Notes under the pieces: model-generated | The model's input: only the letters and a program-made list of their open reading frames with translations | The model's database searches: none | Told to the model about the DNA's origin: nothing | In this document: in pieces, positions 10,790 to 21,087 of the stretch | Position numbering within the stretch: the stretch's first letter is position 1 | How the letters are laid out: every line of letters starts with the position of its first letter | Translations under genes and position numbers: made by a program | From: Opitutaceae bacterium | GTDB lineage: Bacteria > Verrucomicrobiota > Verrucomicrobiia > Opitutales > Opitutaceae | NCBI GenBank assembly: GCA_035485575.1 | Contig: DATHNW010000008.1 | Location: forward strand, 18,894 to 82,893 | Length of the DNA: 64,000 nucleotides | Direction: 5' to 3'

Positions 10790-12012
10790 CCCGGTTGCTG
10801 GGCGCGCCGGCCATGGTGGCCGAGCCGCGCGACGCCTTTATTTGCGAAAGTGAACCGGCGCGACTCATGGCGGCGTTCGTCCCGGCGGTGGCCGGGGGTG
10901 GAAACGTGTTTCTTTGCGACCCGGCCTGGAGTGAAGGCGAACGTGAGCAATTTGCGGCGCTGACCTCGGTCGGATCGCCCAAGCCACACTCAGCGGATGG
11001 ACAGGGCTGGCTGATGATCGCCTCGGGCGGCACGGGTGGGCGCTTGAAGTTTGCCCGGCATGACCAGGATACGGTTTTTGCGGCAGTGCGCGGGTTTGGC
11101 ATGCATTTCGAAGTCTCGCGCGTGAACGCGATCGGCGTACTGCCCCTGCATCACGTGAGCGGGTTGATGGCCTGGATGCGTTGTGCGCTGACCGGCGGGG
11201 AATTTTTGCCGTGGAGCTGGAAGGAACTGGAAGCGGGGCAGTTCCCGGAATTTGCGGACGGCGACTGGTTTCTTTCCCTGGTGCCGACACAACTGCAGCG
11301 GCTGCTGCCCCAGCCGAAGGCGGCCGACTGGCTGCGGCGGTTTCGCGCGGTGTTTGTCGGCGGCGGGCCGCCATGGCCGGAGTTGCTGGAACAGGCGGCC
11401 AAGGCGCGCGTCCCGCTGGCGCTAAGCTATGGCCTGACGGAAACCGCGGCGATGGTCGCGGCGCTGCGACCGCAGGAATTCATCGCGGGCGCGCGCAGCA
11501 GCGGCGCGGTGCTGCCGCATGCGCGCCTCGAAGTGACGGCGGAAGGCACGTTGCGGATTGCGGGCGAGTCGGTGTTTCGCGGATATTTTCCCGAATGGCG
11601 TGCTGAGCGCGAAGTGGCCACGGAGGACCTGGGATTTCTTGACGAACGCGGCCATGTGCACGTGACCGGGCGGCGCGACGACGTCATCATCACGGGAGGA
11701 AAGAAGGTGCGGCCGGCTGAGGTGGAGTCGGCGTTGCAGGCCACCGGCCAGTTTGCCGACGTGGTGGTGATCGGCGTGCCGGATCTGCAATGGGGCCACG
11801 CGGTTGTGGCCTGCTACCCGGCTGGCGGGAAAACGCCGGATTTTGAGCGGGTGACGCAGCTTTTGGCCGGACAGCTGGCGGTGCATGCCTGGCCGAAGCG
11901 ATTCGAAGCGGTGTCCGGGTGGCCGCGCAATGCACAGGGAAAGCTGAATCGGGCGGCGCTGGCCGCGCGCCTCTCAGCCGGCGCTCACCCAGGCGGCGAG
12001 GGCAGGGGGTAA
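10771..12012 (+). CDS. menE: o-succinylbenzoate--CoA ligase (AMP-binding enzyme, short form)
   Basis: 413 aa. Adenylate-forming motifs SGGTGG..K, YGLTE and GD.G..D..G...V.GR.DDVII.GG.KV. Sits in a men gene context. Confidence 0.75.
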   Translation: MERAELARLLGAPAMVAEPRDAFICESEPARLMAAFVPAVAGGGNVFLCDPAWSEGEREQFAALTSVGSPKPHSADGQGWLMIASGGTGGRLKFARHDQDTVFAAVRGFGMHFEVSRVNAIGVLPLHHVSGLMAWMRCALTGGEFLPWSWKELEAGQFPEFADGDWFLSLVPTQLQRLLPQPKAADWLRRFRAVFVGGGPPWPELLEQAAKARVPLALSYGLTETAAMVAALRPQEFIAGARSSGAVLPHARLEVTAEGTLRIAGESVFRGYFPEWRAEREVATEDLGFLDERGHVHVTGRRDDVIITGGKKVRPAEVESALQATGQFADVVVIGVPDLQWGHAVVACYPAGGKTPDFERVTQLLAGQLAVHAWPKRFEAVSGWPRNAQGKLNRAALAARLSAGAHPGGEGRG

Positions 12013-12381
12013 AGGCCGGCGTTCGCGGCTTTTTGAGTCGATGCAGACATGTTCGGTGCGGACGCGGGCGGCGACCTTTTCGGCCGTCCCGAGTTTCACG
12101 ACCTCATAACTGAGCGCGTAGCTGTGATCGGAAAGCGGCTGGGGCGCGACGGTGACGCGAACCTTGTCGCCGGCGCTGAGCGGCCGGAGGTAACTGGCCT
12201 CGCTCTTGGCGATGGGCACGACGACGCCGTGGCCGGCAAAAAACGTGTTCAGCTCGATGCCCGCCGCCCCCAGCGACTCCTCATAGGCCTCATGGCAGAG
12301 CGCGAGGTAGTTGGCGAAAAAGACCACGCCCGCGGCATCGGTGTCGGAGAAATGGATCGTGCGCTGATAGCTAAAACTCAT
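11974..12381 (-). CDS. hotdog-fold acyl-CoA thioesterase (probable 1,4-dihydroxy-2-naphthoyl-CoA hydrolase)
   Basis: About 135 aa. 4HBT/YbgC-type N-terminus ([17 protein letters not shown]). Convergent with menE and overlapping its 3' end. The first ATG is at 12381. Confidence 0.65.
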   Translation of the reverse strand: MSFSYQRTIHFSDTDAAGVVFFANYLALCHEAYEESLGAAGIELNTFFAGHGVVVPIAKSEASYLRPLSAGDKVRVTVAPQPLSDHSYALSYEVVKLGTAEKVAARVRTEHVCIDSKSRERRPLPPALAAWVSAG

Positions 12382-12427
12382 TTTGGACAATCTGCATAAC
12401 TTACTTCACTATGTCGAAACCCTTTCC

Positions 12428-14188
12428 ATGACCAAAAACGAAATCGCCGATGTGCTGAATGAAATCGGGACGCTGCTCGAGCTGAAGGGCGAGAATCCGT
12501 TCAAGGTGCGCGCGTATCATGCCGGGGCACGGGCGCTCGAGGCCATTGAGGACGCGGAACTGGCGGGCCTCATCCGCGAGGACAAGCTGGAGGGCGTGAA
12601 GGGCATCGGCGAGGCGCTGGCCCAAAAGATCGGCGAACTGCAGGTGACCGGGCGGCTGAAATTTTACGACGAGCTGAAGGCGTCGATTGTCCCGGGGCTG
12701 GTGGAAATGCTGCAGGTTCCCGGGCTGGGCGCGAAAAAAGTGCGCGCGTTGCACGAAAAGCTCGGTGTGAGCAGCATCGCGGAGCTGGCGGCGGCCTGCA
12801 CGGCGGGCCGCGTGGCGGAACTCGACGGATTTGGAGAGAAGAGCCAGGAAAAGATCCTGGCCGGCATCAAGAACCGCGAGGCCTATGGCCGGCGGCATTT
12901 GTGGTGGGAAGCCTGGCAGACCGCCGAGCCGATTCTCACCGAGCTGCGGTCGTTGCCCCAGGTGATCCGGGCCGAAGCGGCGGGCAGCCTGCGGCGCGGA
13001 CTGGAGACCATCGGCGATCTTGATTTCCTCGTGGCGGCAAGCGACGCGGCGCCCGTGGTCGACTGGTTTACCCGGCAGCCGGGAGTGCAGGAAGTGACGG
13101 CGCAGGGTGAAACCAAGGCGAGCGTGCGATTTACGTGGGGATTGCAGGCCGATCTGAGGATCGTGCCGGAGGAGCAGTTTGTCTTTGCGCTGCACCATTT
13201 CACCGGTTCGAAGGAGCACAACGTCCAGATGCGGCAGCGGGCGCAGGCGCGCGGGCTGAGCTTGAGCGAGTGGGGCCTGGTGCCGGCCGAAGGCGGGGGC
13301 ACGGCGAAGGAAAAAGCCAAAAGCGCGCTGAAGAAGCTGGAAAACGTCAAAAGCGAGGCGGATCTTTTTGCGGCGCTTGGGCTGCGCTTCATCCCGCCTG
13401 AACTGCGCGAGGGGCTGGGTGAAATCGAGGTGGCGGAACACCAGGAACTGCCGCGGCTGGTCGAGCTGGGCGACCTGCGCGGTGCGTTCCACAATCACAC
13501 GACCGCCAGCGATGGGCGCAACACGCTGATCGAAATGGCCGCGGCCGCCGAAGCCCTGGGCTGGGAATATCTCGGCATCGCGGATCACTCGAAATCGAGC
13601 TTTCAGGCGAATGGCCTGAGCGAGGACCGGCTGTTGAAACAGGTGGAGGGCATCCGCGCACTGAACGCGGCCAAGCACTTCAAGACGCATGTTTTCTCCG
13701 GCACCGAATGCGACATCCTCCCGGACGGACGGCTCGATTTCGACGAGTCGATCCGGCGGCAGCTCGATTACGTGGTGGTCTCGGTGCACAGCGCCTTTTC
13801 CCAAAGCGAGGCCGACATGACAGCCCGCATCATACGTGCGCTTGAGCAGCCGCATGTGACCATGCTCGGGCATCTGACCGGCCGGCTGCTCCTGCGACGC
13901 GAAGGGTACGCCGTGGACGCGGGCAAGGTCATCGACGCGGCCATCGCCAACGGCGTCATCATCGAGCTCAACGCCAATCCGCAGCGGCTCGACATGGACT
14001 GGCGCCACTGGCGGCGGGCGGCGGAGCGCGGGCTGCTTTGCGCCATCAACCCCGATGCGCACGATACCACTGGCCTCGCGTTTGTGCGCGCCGGTGTGAA
14101 CGCCGCGCGCAAGGGCTGGCTGCCGCCAGGGCAGGTGCTGAACACCCGTCCGCTGGCCGAGGTCATTCGGTTTCTGCGGAAAAAATGA
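12428..14188 (+). CDS. polX: family X DNA polymerase with a C-terminal PHP domain
   Basis: About 586 aa. The N-terminus ([26 protein letters not shown]) is typical of PolX. HhH repeats are present. The C-terminal PHP His clusters are HNHT and ADHS. Confidence 0.88.
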   Translation: MTKNEIADVLNEIGTLLELKGENPFKVRAYHAGARALEAIEDAELAGLIREDKLEGVKGIGEALAQKIGELQVTGRLKFYDELKASIVPGLVEMLQVPGLGAKKVRALHEKLGVSSIAELAAACTAGRVAELDGFGEKSQEKILAGIKNREAYGRRHLWWEAWQTAEPILTELRSLPQVIRAEAAGSLRRGLETIGDLDFLVAASDAAPVVDWFTRQPGVQEVTAQGETKASVRFTWGLQADLRIVPEEQFVFALHHFTGSKEHNVQMRQRAQARGLSLSEWGLVPAEGGGTAKEKAKSALKKLENVKSEADLFAALGLRFIPPELREGLGEIEVAEHQELPRLVELGDLRGAFHNHTTASDGRNTLIEMAAAAEALGWEYLGIADHSKSSFQANGLSEDRLLKQVEGIRALNAAKHFKTHVFSGTECDILPDGRLDFDESIRRQLDYVVVSVHSAFSQSEADMTARIIRALEQPHVTMLGHLTGRLLLRREGYAVDAGKVIDAAIANGVIIELNANPQRLDMDWRHWRRAAERGLLCAINPDAHDTTGLAFVRAGVNAARKGWLPPGQVLNTRPLAEVIRFLRKK

Positions 14189-14228
14189 AGATGGAATCGC
14201 GGCGCGACCGGGCTTTCAATCCAGCGGC

Positions 14229-15638
14229 ATGATCACCACCCGGGCGCGCGGACTTGTCACGCTGCATGTGGGCGCAATGGCGCTCTTCGTGGGCATGTTT
14301 TTCTGGGTCTACGCCAACCTCATCTACCACGTGCCGTTCGTGCATTTGAGCCGTGAGGTGAATCTGCTGCCGTACTTCTTGTGTGCGGTGGGCGGCCTGG
14401 TGCTCGCGTCGCGCGAACTGGTGGCATCGTCGTGGTTTCACCGGCTCACGTGGCTGGATGCGGCCCGGCTGGCCGCACGGCAGGTGGGATGGATGGCGCT
14501 GCTGACGTTCACCATGATGTTCGCTACGCGCGACCGGAGCATCAGCCGTCTGTTTCTCGGCAGCTTTTTTGCCTGGGTGTGGTTCGGGCTGGTCTGGCTC
14601 AACGTCCACGGTCCGCGCCAGCTGGCGCGGCTGGTTTTTAAAGGGCAGCGCCTGCCCACGTTATTCATCGGGCGGTTGGACTCGCTGGCCCGGCTGCGGG
14701 CGTGGATTGCGAAAAAGGAGCTACTGGGCATCGACGCGGTGGGATTTTTGTCGGACGATGCGGAGGCGTCATCGGCCGATCTGCCCGCGCCGTTTTTGGG
14801 CGGGGTGGGCCGGTTGTCGCACGTGCTGGAGGAGCGTGCAGTGGCTCAGGTGATGATGCTTGAATTGCCGGCCAGCGACCCGGATGCGCGGCGCGTGATC
14901 GAAATCTGCCAGGACCGCGGTTGCCGTTTGCTCATCCACAGCAACCTTGAGGAGCGTTACACGCATCCGCTGGTGCCGGTGGTGGAGGACGGGCATCATT
15001 TCTACACGCTACAGGAGGAGCCGCTCGAGGACCCGGTGAACCGGCTGATGAAGCGGACGCTGGATCTGGCGGTGGCGCTTCCCGTCGTGGTGATCGTGCT
15101 GCCGCCCTTGTGCTTGTGCGTATGGATGATGCAGCGGGGCCAGGCGCCGGGACCGTTGTATCACGTGCGCCTGCGTCGCGGACAGCAGGGGCGGCCGTTC
15201 ACGATGTTGAAATTCCGCTCGATGTATGCCGCGCCGCCGGCCGAGGAGGCGGAGTCGCGGCAGGTGGCGGAGACAGATGAGCGGGTGTTTCCGCTCGGGC
15301 GGTTTTTACGGCGGCGCAGCCTGGATGAGTTTCCCCAGTTCATCAATGTGCTGCGCGGTGAAATGAGCATTGTCGGGCCCCGGCCCTACATGCCACTGCT
15401 GGATCAGGAATTCAGCCAGTGGGCGCGCGCCTACCGCACGCGCTACCTGGTGAAGCCGGGGATCACCGGACTGGCCCAGAGCATGGGTTATCGCGGTGCC
15501 GTCCTTGAGGAGGAGATGCTGCATCACCGGCTGCGGTGGGATGTGCACTACATCACCCACTGGTCGATCTGGCTCGACCTGCTGATCATGCTGCGCACGG
15601 CGCGGCAAGTCCTGTTCCCGCCGAAGACGGCGTATTAG
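14229..15638 (+). CDS. polyprenyl-phosphate glycosyl-1-phosphate transferase (WcaJ/EpsB-type initiating sugar transferase)
   Basis: 469 aa with N-terminal TM helices. Bacterial sugar-transferase core: KRTLDL..., F.MLKFRSM, DE.PQFINVLRGEMSIVGPRP. Confidence 0.88.
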   Translation: MITTRARGLVTLHVGAMALFVGMFFWVYANLIYHVPFVHLSREVNLLPYFLCAVGGLVLASRELVASSWFHRLTWLDAARLAARQVGWMALLTFTMMFATRDRSISRLFLGSFFAWVWFGLVWLNVHGPRQLARLVFKGQRLPTLFIGRLDSLARLRAWIAKKELLGIDAVGFLSDDAEASSADLPAPFLGGVGRLSHVLEERAVAQVMMLELPASDPDARRVIEICQDRGCRLLIHSNLEERYTHPLVPVVEDGHHFYTLQEEPLEDPVNRLMKRTLDLAVALPVVVIVLPPLCLCVWMMQRGQAPGPLYHVRLRRGQQGRPFTMLKFRSMYAAPPAEEAESRQVAETDERVFPLGRFLRRRSLDEFPQFINVLRGEMSIVGPRPYMPLLDQEFSQWARAYRTRYLVKPGITGLAQSMGYRGAVLEEEMLHHRLRWDVHYITHWSIWLDLLIMLRTARQVLFPPKTAY

Positions 15639-15658
15639 GACGGACTTCCGCCGTCCGG

Positions 15659-16330
15659 CTAGAAATTTTTCGTATAGGTCACGCCGCGCTCGTCGATAAA
15701 GGTAAGGACGTCGTCATCGATTTTTTTCAGGCGCAGGCCGAGCAGGCGGTCAATGAGGTCGTTTTCACGGTAGACGTGGTCATTCGTCAGCACTTTCCTG
15801 CTGGTGGCGGTGATGCGGACGCCGGAGACTTGCAGCGCATCGATATAGGCGAGGATTTTGGGATCGGGCTGGGTGGGATCCAATGGCGGGGCGGTGACGA
15901 CGATCGCGGGCTGTGGTGGGATGACAACCGGCGCGGCTGGTGCGGCAGCCGGCGTGACGGAGACCATGGCTGGCGGCGGAGCTTTTTCGGGCACAGTTGC
16001 CGCCACCGGCACGGCGTGGGGTGTGGGCGGAACAGGAGCAGAGGCGACCGGGGGCAGGACAGACGTGACGGGGGCGGTTTTGGCGATGGGAGCCGGAGCC
16101 TGTGCCACGACCGGTACAGCCGGCCGCCGCAGCAGATAGACCGTGGCGAACACGCTCAACGCGATCAGCACGGTCGCACCGAGCGCCAGAAGCACAAACA
16201 GCTGGGCAGGCAATGGCTGTCCGCGGCCGGTCGCATTCCCGGGGGCGCCGCCGGGCATGGGCGGCAGCGAACCCTCCCCTTTGGCCTGGCGTTTCTGGGC
16301 TTTTTTCAGGGCGTCGTTAATCAGGCTCAT
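15659..16330 (-). CDS. GspB/ExeB-like single-pass membrane protein with a Pro/Ala-rich linker
   Basis: 223 aa. N-terminus MSLINDALKKAQ, one TM helix and a P/A-rich spacer. The C-terminal block (LQVSGV....RKVLTND.VY.END) resembles the T2SS-B domain. It is adjacent to an ExeA-like ATPase. Confidence 0.5.
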   Translation of the reverse strand: MSLINDALKKAQKRQAKGEGSLPPMPGGAPGNATGRGQPLPAQLFVLLALGATVLIALSVFATVYLLRRPAVPVVAQAPAPIAKTAPVTSVLPPVASAPVPPTPHAVPVAATVPEKAPPPAMVSVTPAAAPAAPVVIPPQPAIVVTAPPLDPTQPDPKILAYIDALQVSGVRITATSRKVLTNDHVYRENDLIDRLLGLRLKKIDDDVLTFIDERGVTYTKNF

Positions 16331-16351
16331 GGCAGGGGGAAGCGGAGGCGG

Positions 16352-17167
16352 TCAATCAGTGAGGCTGGACAGATCTTTGGACGCGCGTCGGACATCCCAA
16401 TAGTTTACCTCATCGGACTCGCGAATGAAAGCCGCGAGAATGGCCTTGTCGCAAAGGTTGTTCACGATGCGGGGAATGCCCTTGCTGGCGCGGTGGATCT
16501 TGCGGATGGCGCGCGGCGTGAAATGGGGCCGGCCGCTGCTGCCGGCCAGCGCGAGGCGGTGCCGGATGTAATTTTCGATGTCGCCGCGCGCGAGGGGATT
16601 AAGCTCGTAGTGCACGAGGATGCGCTGGCGGAGCTGGCGGAGTTCGTCGCGCGCGAGGATCACCTTGAGCTCGGGCTGGGCGATCAGGACGATCTGGAGG
16701 AGCTTTTGCTTGTCGGTCTCGAGATTGGAAAGCAGGCGGATTTGCTCGAGCACCTCGAACGAGAGATTTTGCGCCTCGTCGATGATGAGCACGATGTTGC
16801 GGCCGGCCTCGATACGGGCGAGCAGCAACTGGTTGATCTGGGCGATGAGGTCGTAATGGTCCGCGGCGTGGTTCGTTTCGCCGAGCTCGGTGAGGATGGC
16901 CCGGAGCATCTCGGTCTCGGTGACGCGGGGGTTGAGGATGAGCGCGGTGTCGTAATGCTCCATGTCGAGTTCCTCCATCAGGCGGCGGCAGAGGGTGGTC
17001 TTGCCGCAGCCCACCTCCCCGATGAGCACGATGAAGCCCTTGCGCTCGCGGATGCCATAAAGCAGATGCTGCAGCGCTTCGTAATGAGTTGGGCTTAGGT
17101 AGAGAAATTTTGGGTCGGGCGTGATGTTGAAAGGCATCTCCGCCAACTCATAGAAACTCTGATACAT
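16352..17167 (-). CDS. ExeA/MshM-like AAA+ ATPase (PEP-CTERM/EPS-locus secretion ATPase-like)
   Basis: 271 aa from the ATG at 17167 (MYQSFYEL..PF...PDP.FLY). Walker A GEVGCGKTT and Walker B LIIDEAQNL. Confidence 0.8.
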   Translation of the reverse strand: MYQSFYELAEMPFNITPDPKFLYLSPTHYEALQHLLYGIRERKGFIVLIGEVGCGKTTLCRRLMEELDMEHYDTALILNPRVTETEMLRAILTELGETNHAADHYDLIAQINQLLLARIEAGRNIVLIIDEAQNLSFEVLEQIRLLSNLETDKQKLLQIVLIAQPELKVILARDELRQLRQRILVHYELNPLARGDIENYIRHRLALAGSSGRPHFTPRAIRKIHRASKGIPRIVNNLCDKAILAAFIRESDEVNYWDVRRASKDLSSLTD

Positions 17168-17335
17168 GGGCAGTTCCGAGTATGCGGCCCCCTCGAAAAA
17201 GGCACGCAAATTTCTTCGGGGCGCTCCGGCCCCGGCCCGGTTTGAGAGGGTCTTTACAAGACGCGGGGAATCGCCGCGGCGCTGGCGAAAAGATTTGCGC
17301 GCGATGCACGGAGTGCTTGGCTCGCACCGACTGCC

Positions 17336-17617
17336 GTGAATTCCCGCCGTGTCGTCATCATCATTTATACGCTGGTATTTTTCGCTGTAAGCGGGGTTTT
17401 CGGTGTGTCGTTGTGGCAGACGCGCGCCGAGTACCTGCAGTTGTGCGCGCAGGAGGCGGTGAGCCGGCGGAGGCTGGCCGAGGCGGAACAAAAGTTGCGC
17501 GAACAGGACCAGATCCTGGCCCGCCTGCGCAACGATCCGGCCTACGTTGAGCGCGTCATCCGCCAGCAGCTCGGCTATGCCCGGCCGGACGAATTCATCT
17601 TTCGCTTCGAGCCGTGA
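17336..17617 (+). CDS. ftsB: septum formation initiator (FtsB/DivIC family)
   Basis: 93 aa with a GTG start. One TM helix, then a coiled coil, then DPAYVERVIRQQLGY.RPDE. Confidence 0.75.
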   Translation: MNSRRVVIIIYTLVFFAVSGVFGVSLWQTRAEYLQLCAQEAVSRRRLAEAEQKLREQDQILARLRNDPAYVERVIRQQLGYARPDEFIFRFEP

Positions 17618-17684
17618 GGCCGGCGCGAGAATTTTCGTTGCACCGACGCACAGGCGGCGCCTTCAATCGCTCCTTTCATTTTTC

Positions 17685-19106
17685 ATGGCGACATCTCCGC
17701 TTATCGAAAGATTTCAATGTGCCGGCCAGGCGCAGGTGTTCGCCTTTTTCGAGCGGCTCTCCTCCGCGGAGCGTCAGGCCCTGCTGGCCGAGGCGGCGGA
17801 AGTCGACCTTGATGAGATAGCGCGGCTGACGCGCACGCTGCTCGCCAAAAACGCGGCCGCCAGCGTCAATCTCGACGGTCTCGCCCCCGCGCCCTATGTG
17901 CCGCTGCCCGGGCACGGTGGCGACGCCTCCGGCTGGGTCCGCGCGAAAGCCGCAGGCGAGGTCGCGTTGCGCGCCGGCCGCGTCGCGGCCTTCACCGTTG
18001 CGGGCGGGCAGGGCACGCGGCTGGGCTACGACGGCCCGAAGGGCACGTTTCCGGTCACGCCGGTGAGGCAAAAACCGCTTTTCCAGGTCTTTGCCGAAAA
18101 GCTCCGCGCCGCGGGCGTGCGTTATGGGCGGCCGCTCCACTGGTTCATCATGACGAGCCATGCGAACCATGCGGCGACCGAAGCCTTTTTTACGGAGCAC
18201 AAGTTTTTCGGCCTCGACCCGGCGCGCGTGCATCTTTTCCGCCAGGGGCGCATGCCGGCGGTGGACTTTGCGGGAAAAATCCTGCTCGAGGCGCCGGGGC
18301 GGATCGCGATGTCTCCCGACGGCCACGGCGGTTCGCTGCGTGCGCTCGATCGCAGTGGGGCGCTGGATCTGCTGAAGGGCGAGGGGATCGACACCATCAG
18401 CTACTTCCAGGTGGACAATCCGCTCGTGCGCTGCATCGACCCGGCATTTCTGGGCTGGCATCTCGGATCGGCTTCGGAAATGTCGAGCAAGATGGTGCCG
18501 AAGGCGTATGCCGAGGAGAAACTCGGTCATTTCTGCACGCAGCGCGGCCGGCTCGTGGTCATCGAATACAGCGATCTGCCGCCCGCCTGGCAGCGCGAGC
18601 TCGACCCGGTGACCGGGAGGCTGCGCTTTGTCGCCGGCAGCATCGCCATCCACATCCTCGACCGGGAATTCGTGCGTCGCGTGGCAACGGGGGAAAATGC
18701 GCTGCCGTTCCACCGTGCGGACAAGAAAATCCAGGTCGTCGATGCGGCGGGACTCCCGGTGAAGCCCGACAAGCCCAACGGTGCGAAGTTCGAGATGTTT
18801 GTCTTCGATGCGCTGCCGTTTGCGAAAAATCCCGTCGTGGTCGAGACCGCCCGGGCGGACGATTTTTCGCCCGTGAAAAATGCCGAGGGCGTGGATTCGC
18901 CGCAAACCTGCCGCGACGACCAGCTCCGGCAGTTCGCGCGCTGGCTGGACGCCGCCGGCACGGCGGTCGAGACCGATGCGAGCGGGCGGCCGCGTGCGGT
19001 GATGGAAATAGCGCCGGCTTTCGGCTATGACGGGGAGACGTTCGCCGAGTCGTGGCGGAAGCTTCCGTCCCGGCCGGCCGTGTCCGATGGACTGTACCTC
19101 GAATGA
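17685..19106 (+). CDS. UDPGP-family UDP-sugar (UDP-GlcNAc-type) pyrophosphorylase
   Basis: 473 aa from the ATG at 17685. Motifs AGGQGTRLG...PKG, PDG.GG and FQVDN, typical of eukaryote-type UAP/USP enzymes. Confidence 0.8.
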   Translation: MATSPLIERFQCAGQAQVFAFFERLSSAERQALLAEAAEVDLDEIARLTRTLLAKNAAASVNLDGLAPAPYVPLPGHGGDASGWVRAKAAGEVALRAGRVAAFTVAGGQGTRLGYDGPKGTFPVTPVRQKPLFQVFAEKLRAAGVRYGRPLHWFIMTSHANHAATEAFFTEHKFFGLDPARVHLFRQGRMPAVDFAGKILLEAPGRIAMSPDGHGGSLRALDRSGALDLLKGEGIDTISYFQVDNPLVRCIDPAFLGWHLGSASEMSSKMVPKAYAEEKLGHFCTQRGRLVVIEYSDLPPAWQRELDPVTGRLRFVAGSIAIHILDREFVRRVATGENALPFHRADKKIQVVDAAGLPVKPDKPNGAKFEMFVFDALPFAKNPVVVETARADDFSPVKNAEGVDSPQTCRDDQLRQFARWLDAAGTAVETDASGRPRAVMEIAPAFGYDGETFAESWRKLPSRPAVSDGLYLE

Positions 19107-19113
19107 TTTTATA

Positions 19114-21075
19114 ATGACCACTTCCGAAAAAATTTCCGCGGCGGCGCGCTCCGGCCAGATTCTGCCGGGTACGGCCGAAAATCTTGCCGCCTGGCTCGGC
19201 TCCGGACTGCCGGCCTGGGCGGTGGCCGGCATTGACGAACTGGTTGCGCAAAGTGCGTGGAGCGAGCTTAACGACCGGTTTTACCGCTACCTCGAGTTCG
19301 GCACCGGCGGCATGCGCGGGCGTACCATCGGCGCGGTCGCAGCCCAAAGCGAACTCGGCACGCCCGGTCCGGAGGGCACGCCGGAGCATGCCGCCATCGG
19401 CAGCAACATGCTCAATGATTTCACGCTCATCCGCGCGATCATCGGGCTTTACCGCTACACGAAGAAATTTCTCGGGCAGAACCTGCGCTTCGATGTGCCG
19501 CGGCTCGTCATCGCCTATGACGTGAGGCATTTCTCGCGGCATTTCTGCGAGCTGGCCGCCTCGACGTGGACGCGGCTGGGCGGGGTGGCCTTCATCTTCG
19601 ACGGGCCGCGCTCGACGCCGCAATTGAGCTTCTCCGTGCGCTGGCTCAGGGTCCACGCGGGCGCGGTCATCACGGCCAGCCACAATCCTCCGCATGACAA
19701 CGGCTTCAAGGCTTATTTCGAGGATGGCGGCCAGGTCGTGCCGCCGCATGACAAGGGCATCATCGCCGAGGTCAACGCCGTGCAACTCGGCGAGCTGGGC
19801 GCGTTTCTTGAGAAGGATCTGGCGCGCGTGGTCATCTTGAAGCGTCCGGCCGACGACGCCTATCTCGTGGCCGCCTCGCGTTCGATCATCGATCACCGGG
19901 TTTTCCCCAAGGCAAACCTGAAGGTGATCTATTCCAACATCCACGGCACCGGCAGCGTGGCGGCGACGCCGCTCCTGCTGCATGCCCGTGTGGATGTGGT
20001 CGAGGTGATCGAGCAGGTCGCCTTCGATCCGCGTTTTCCGACCGTGAAGTCGCCCAACCCGGAGAACGCGGAGGCGCTCGCGCTGGCCATCGCCACGGCG
20101 GAAAAGCGCAGTTGCGACATCGTGTTTGCCACCGATCCCGACGCCGACCGCATGGGCGCGGCGGTGCGCGGCCGCGACGGCAAAATGGTCATCCTGACGG
20201 GCAACCAGATCGGCGCGCTGCTGGCCGAGTATCGCATCACCCGCTACAAGGAGCTGGGCTGGCTGCCCGCGGAAGGCACGCAACGGGCGGTGCTGATCAA
20301 GACCTTTGTCACCACGCCGTTGCAGGACGCCATTGCCCGCGGCCACGGCCTCAAGGTCATCAACACGCTCACGGGTTTCAAGTGGATCGCGGCCCGGCTG
20401 CACCGCTACGAGGAGGAGATGATGGAGGCCCTCCGCACGAAGGAGCACCTTGCGCTCGACTACGACGCCACGCCCGCGCGCAAGCGGGCCGAGCTGATGC
20501 AGGCGCACAGCACGTTTTTCGTGCTCGGCGACGAGGAAAGCCTCGGCTACCTCGGCACCGACGCGATCCGCGACAAGGACGGCAACGCGGCCTGCCTGAT
20601 GTTTGCCGAGGTGTGCGCCGCCCTGAAGCTGCGCGGGGTCACCGTCCCGGAATATCTCGACGAATTGTATTTAAAATACGGATACCATCTCGAGGACACG
20701 ATCAACATCTATTACGAGGGCGCGAGCGGCGCGGAGAAGATCAAGCGCATCCTCGGGACGTACCGGGAGCAGCCGCCGGCCGCGTTTGGCGACGTGCAGG
20801 TGGCCAGGTTCCAGGACTTCGGCCGCGAAAAAATCACGGATGCGGACGGTGCGACCGTGCCGGCGCAGGACCTGTATTTCGTGACGCTGGCCAACGGCTA
20901 CAGCTTTGCCGCGCGCGGCAGCGGCACGGAGCCGAAGATGAAATTCTACCTCTTTGCGAACGAACGGGTCGGAGCCGTGGCAGACCTGCCGGCGGCGAAG
21001 GCCCGGGTCGCGCAGACGCTTGGCGCGTTGAAGAAGCTTATCGAGCAGGACGCGAAGCGCCGCGCGGAAGGCTGA
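19114..21075 (+). CDS. phospho-sugar mutase (phosphoglucomutase/phosphomannomutase family)
   Basis: 653 aa from the ATG at 19114. Active-site loop TASHNPPHDNGFK, metal loop DPDADR, and GEES/GSGTEP near the C-terminus. Confidence 0.88.
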   Translation: MTTSEKISAAARSGQILPGTAENLAAWLGSGLPAWAVAGIDELVAQSAWSELNDRFYRYLEFGTGGMRGRTIGAVAAQSELGTPGPEGTPEHAAIGSNMLNDFTLIRAIIGLYRYTKKFLGQNLRFDVPRLVIAYDVRHFSRHFCELAASTWTRLGGVAFIFDGPRSTPQLSFSVRWLRVHAGAVITASHNPPHDNGFKAYFEDGGQVVPPHDKGIIAEVNAVQLGELGAFLEKDLARVVILKRPADDAYLVAASRSIIDHRVFPKANLKVIYSNIHGTGSVAATPLLLHARVDVVEVIEQVAFDPRFPTVKSPNPENAEALALAIATAEKRSCDIVFATDPDADRMGAAVRGRDGKMVILTGNQIGALLAEYRITRYKELGWLPAEGTQRAVLIKTFVTTPLQDAIARGHGLKVINTLTGFKWIAARLHRYEEEMMEALRTKEHLALDYDATPARKRAELMQAHSTFFVLGDEESLGYLGTDAIRDKDGNAACLMFAEVCAALKLRGVTVPEYLDELYLKYGYHLEDTINIYYEGASGAEKIKRILGTYREQPPAAFGDVQVARFQDFGREKITDADGATVPAQDLYFVTLANGYSFAARGSGTEPKMKFYLFANERVGAVADLPAAKARVAQTLGALKKLIEQDAKRRAEG

Positions 21076-21087
21076 GGGAGCGGGGCT

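Noticed and set aside
12401-14062. 553-aa minus-strand ORF opposite polX
   Set aside because: It is a shadow ORF. polX on the plus strand has clear family motifs along its whole length.
17676-20508. 518-aa and 649-aa minus-strand ORFs opposite the UDPGP and phosphomutase genes
   Set aside because: They are shadow ORFs of high-GC coding sequence, Arg-rich and without domains.
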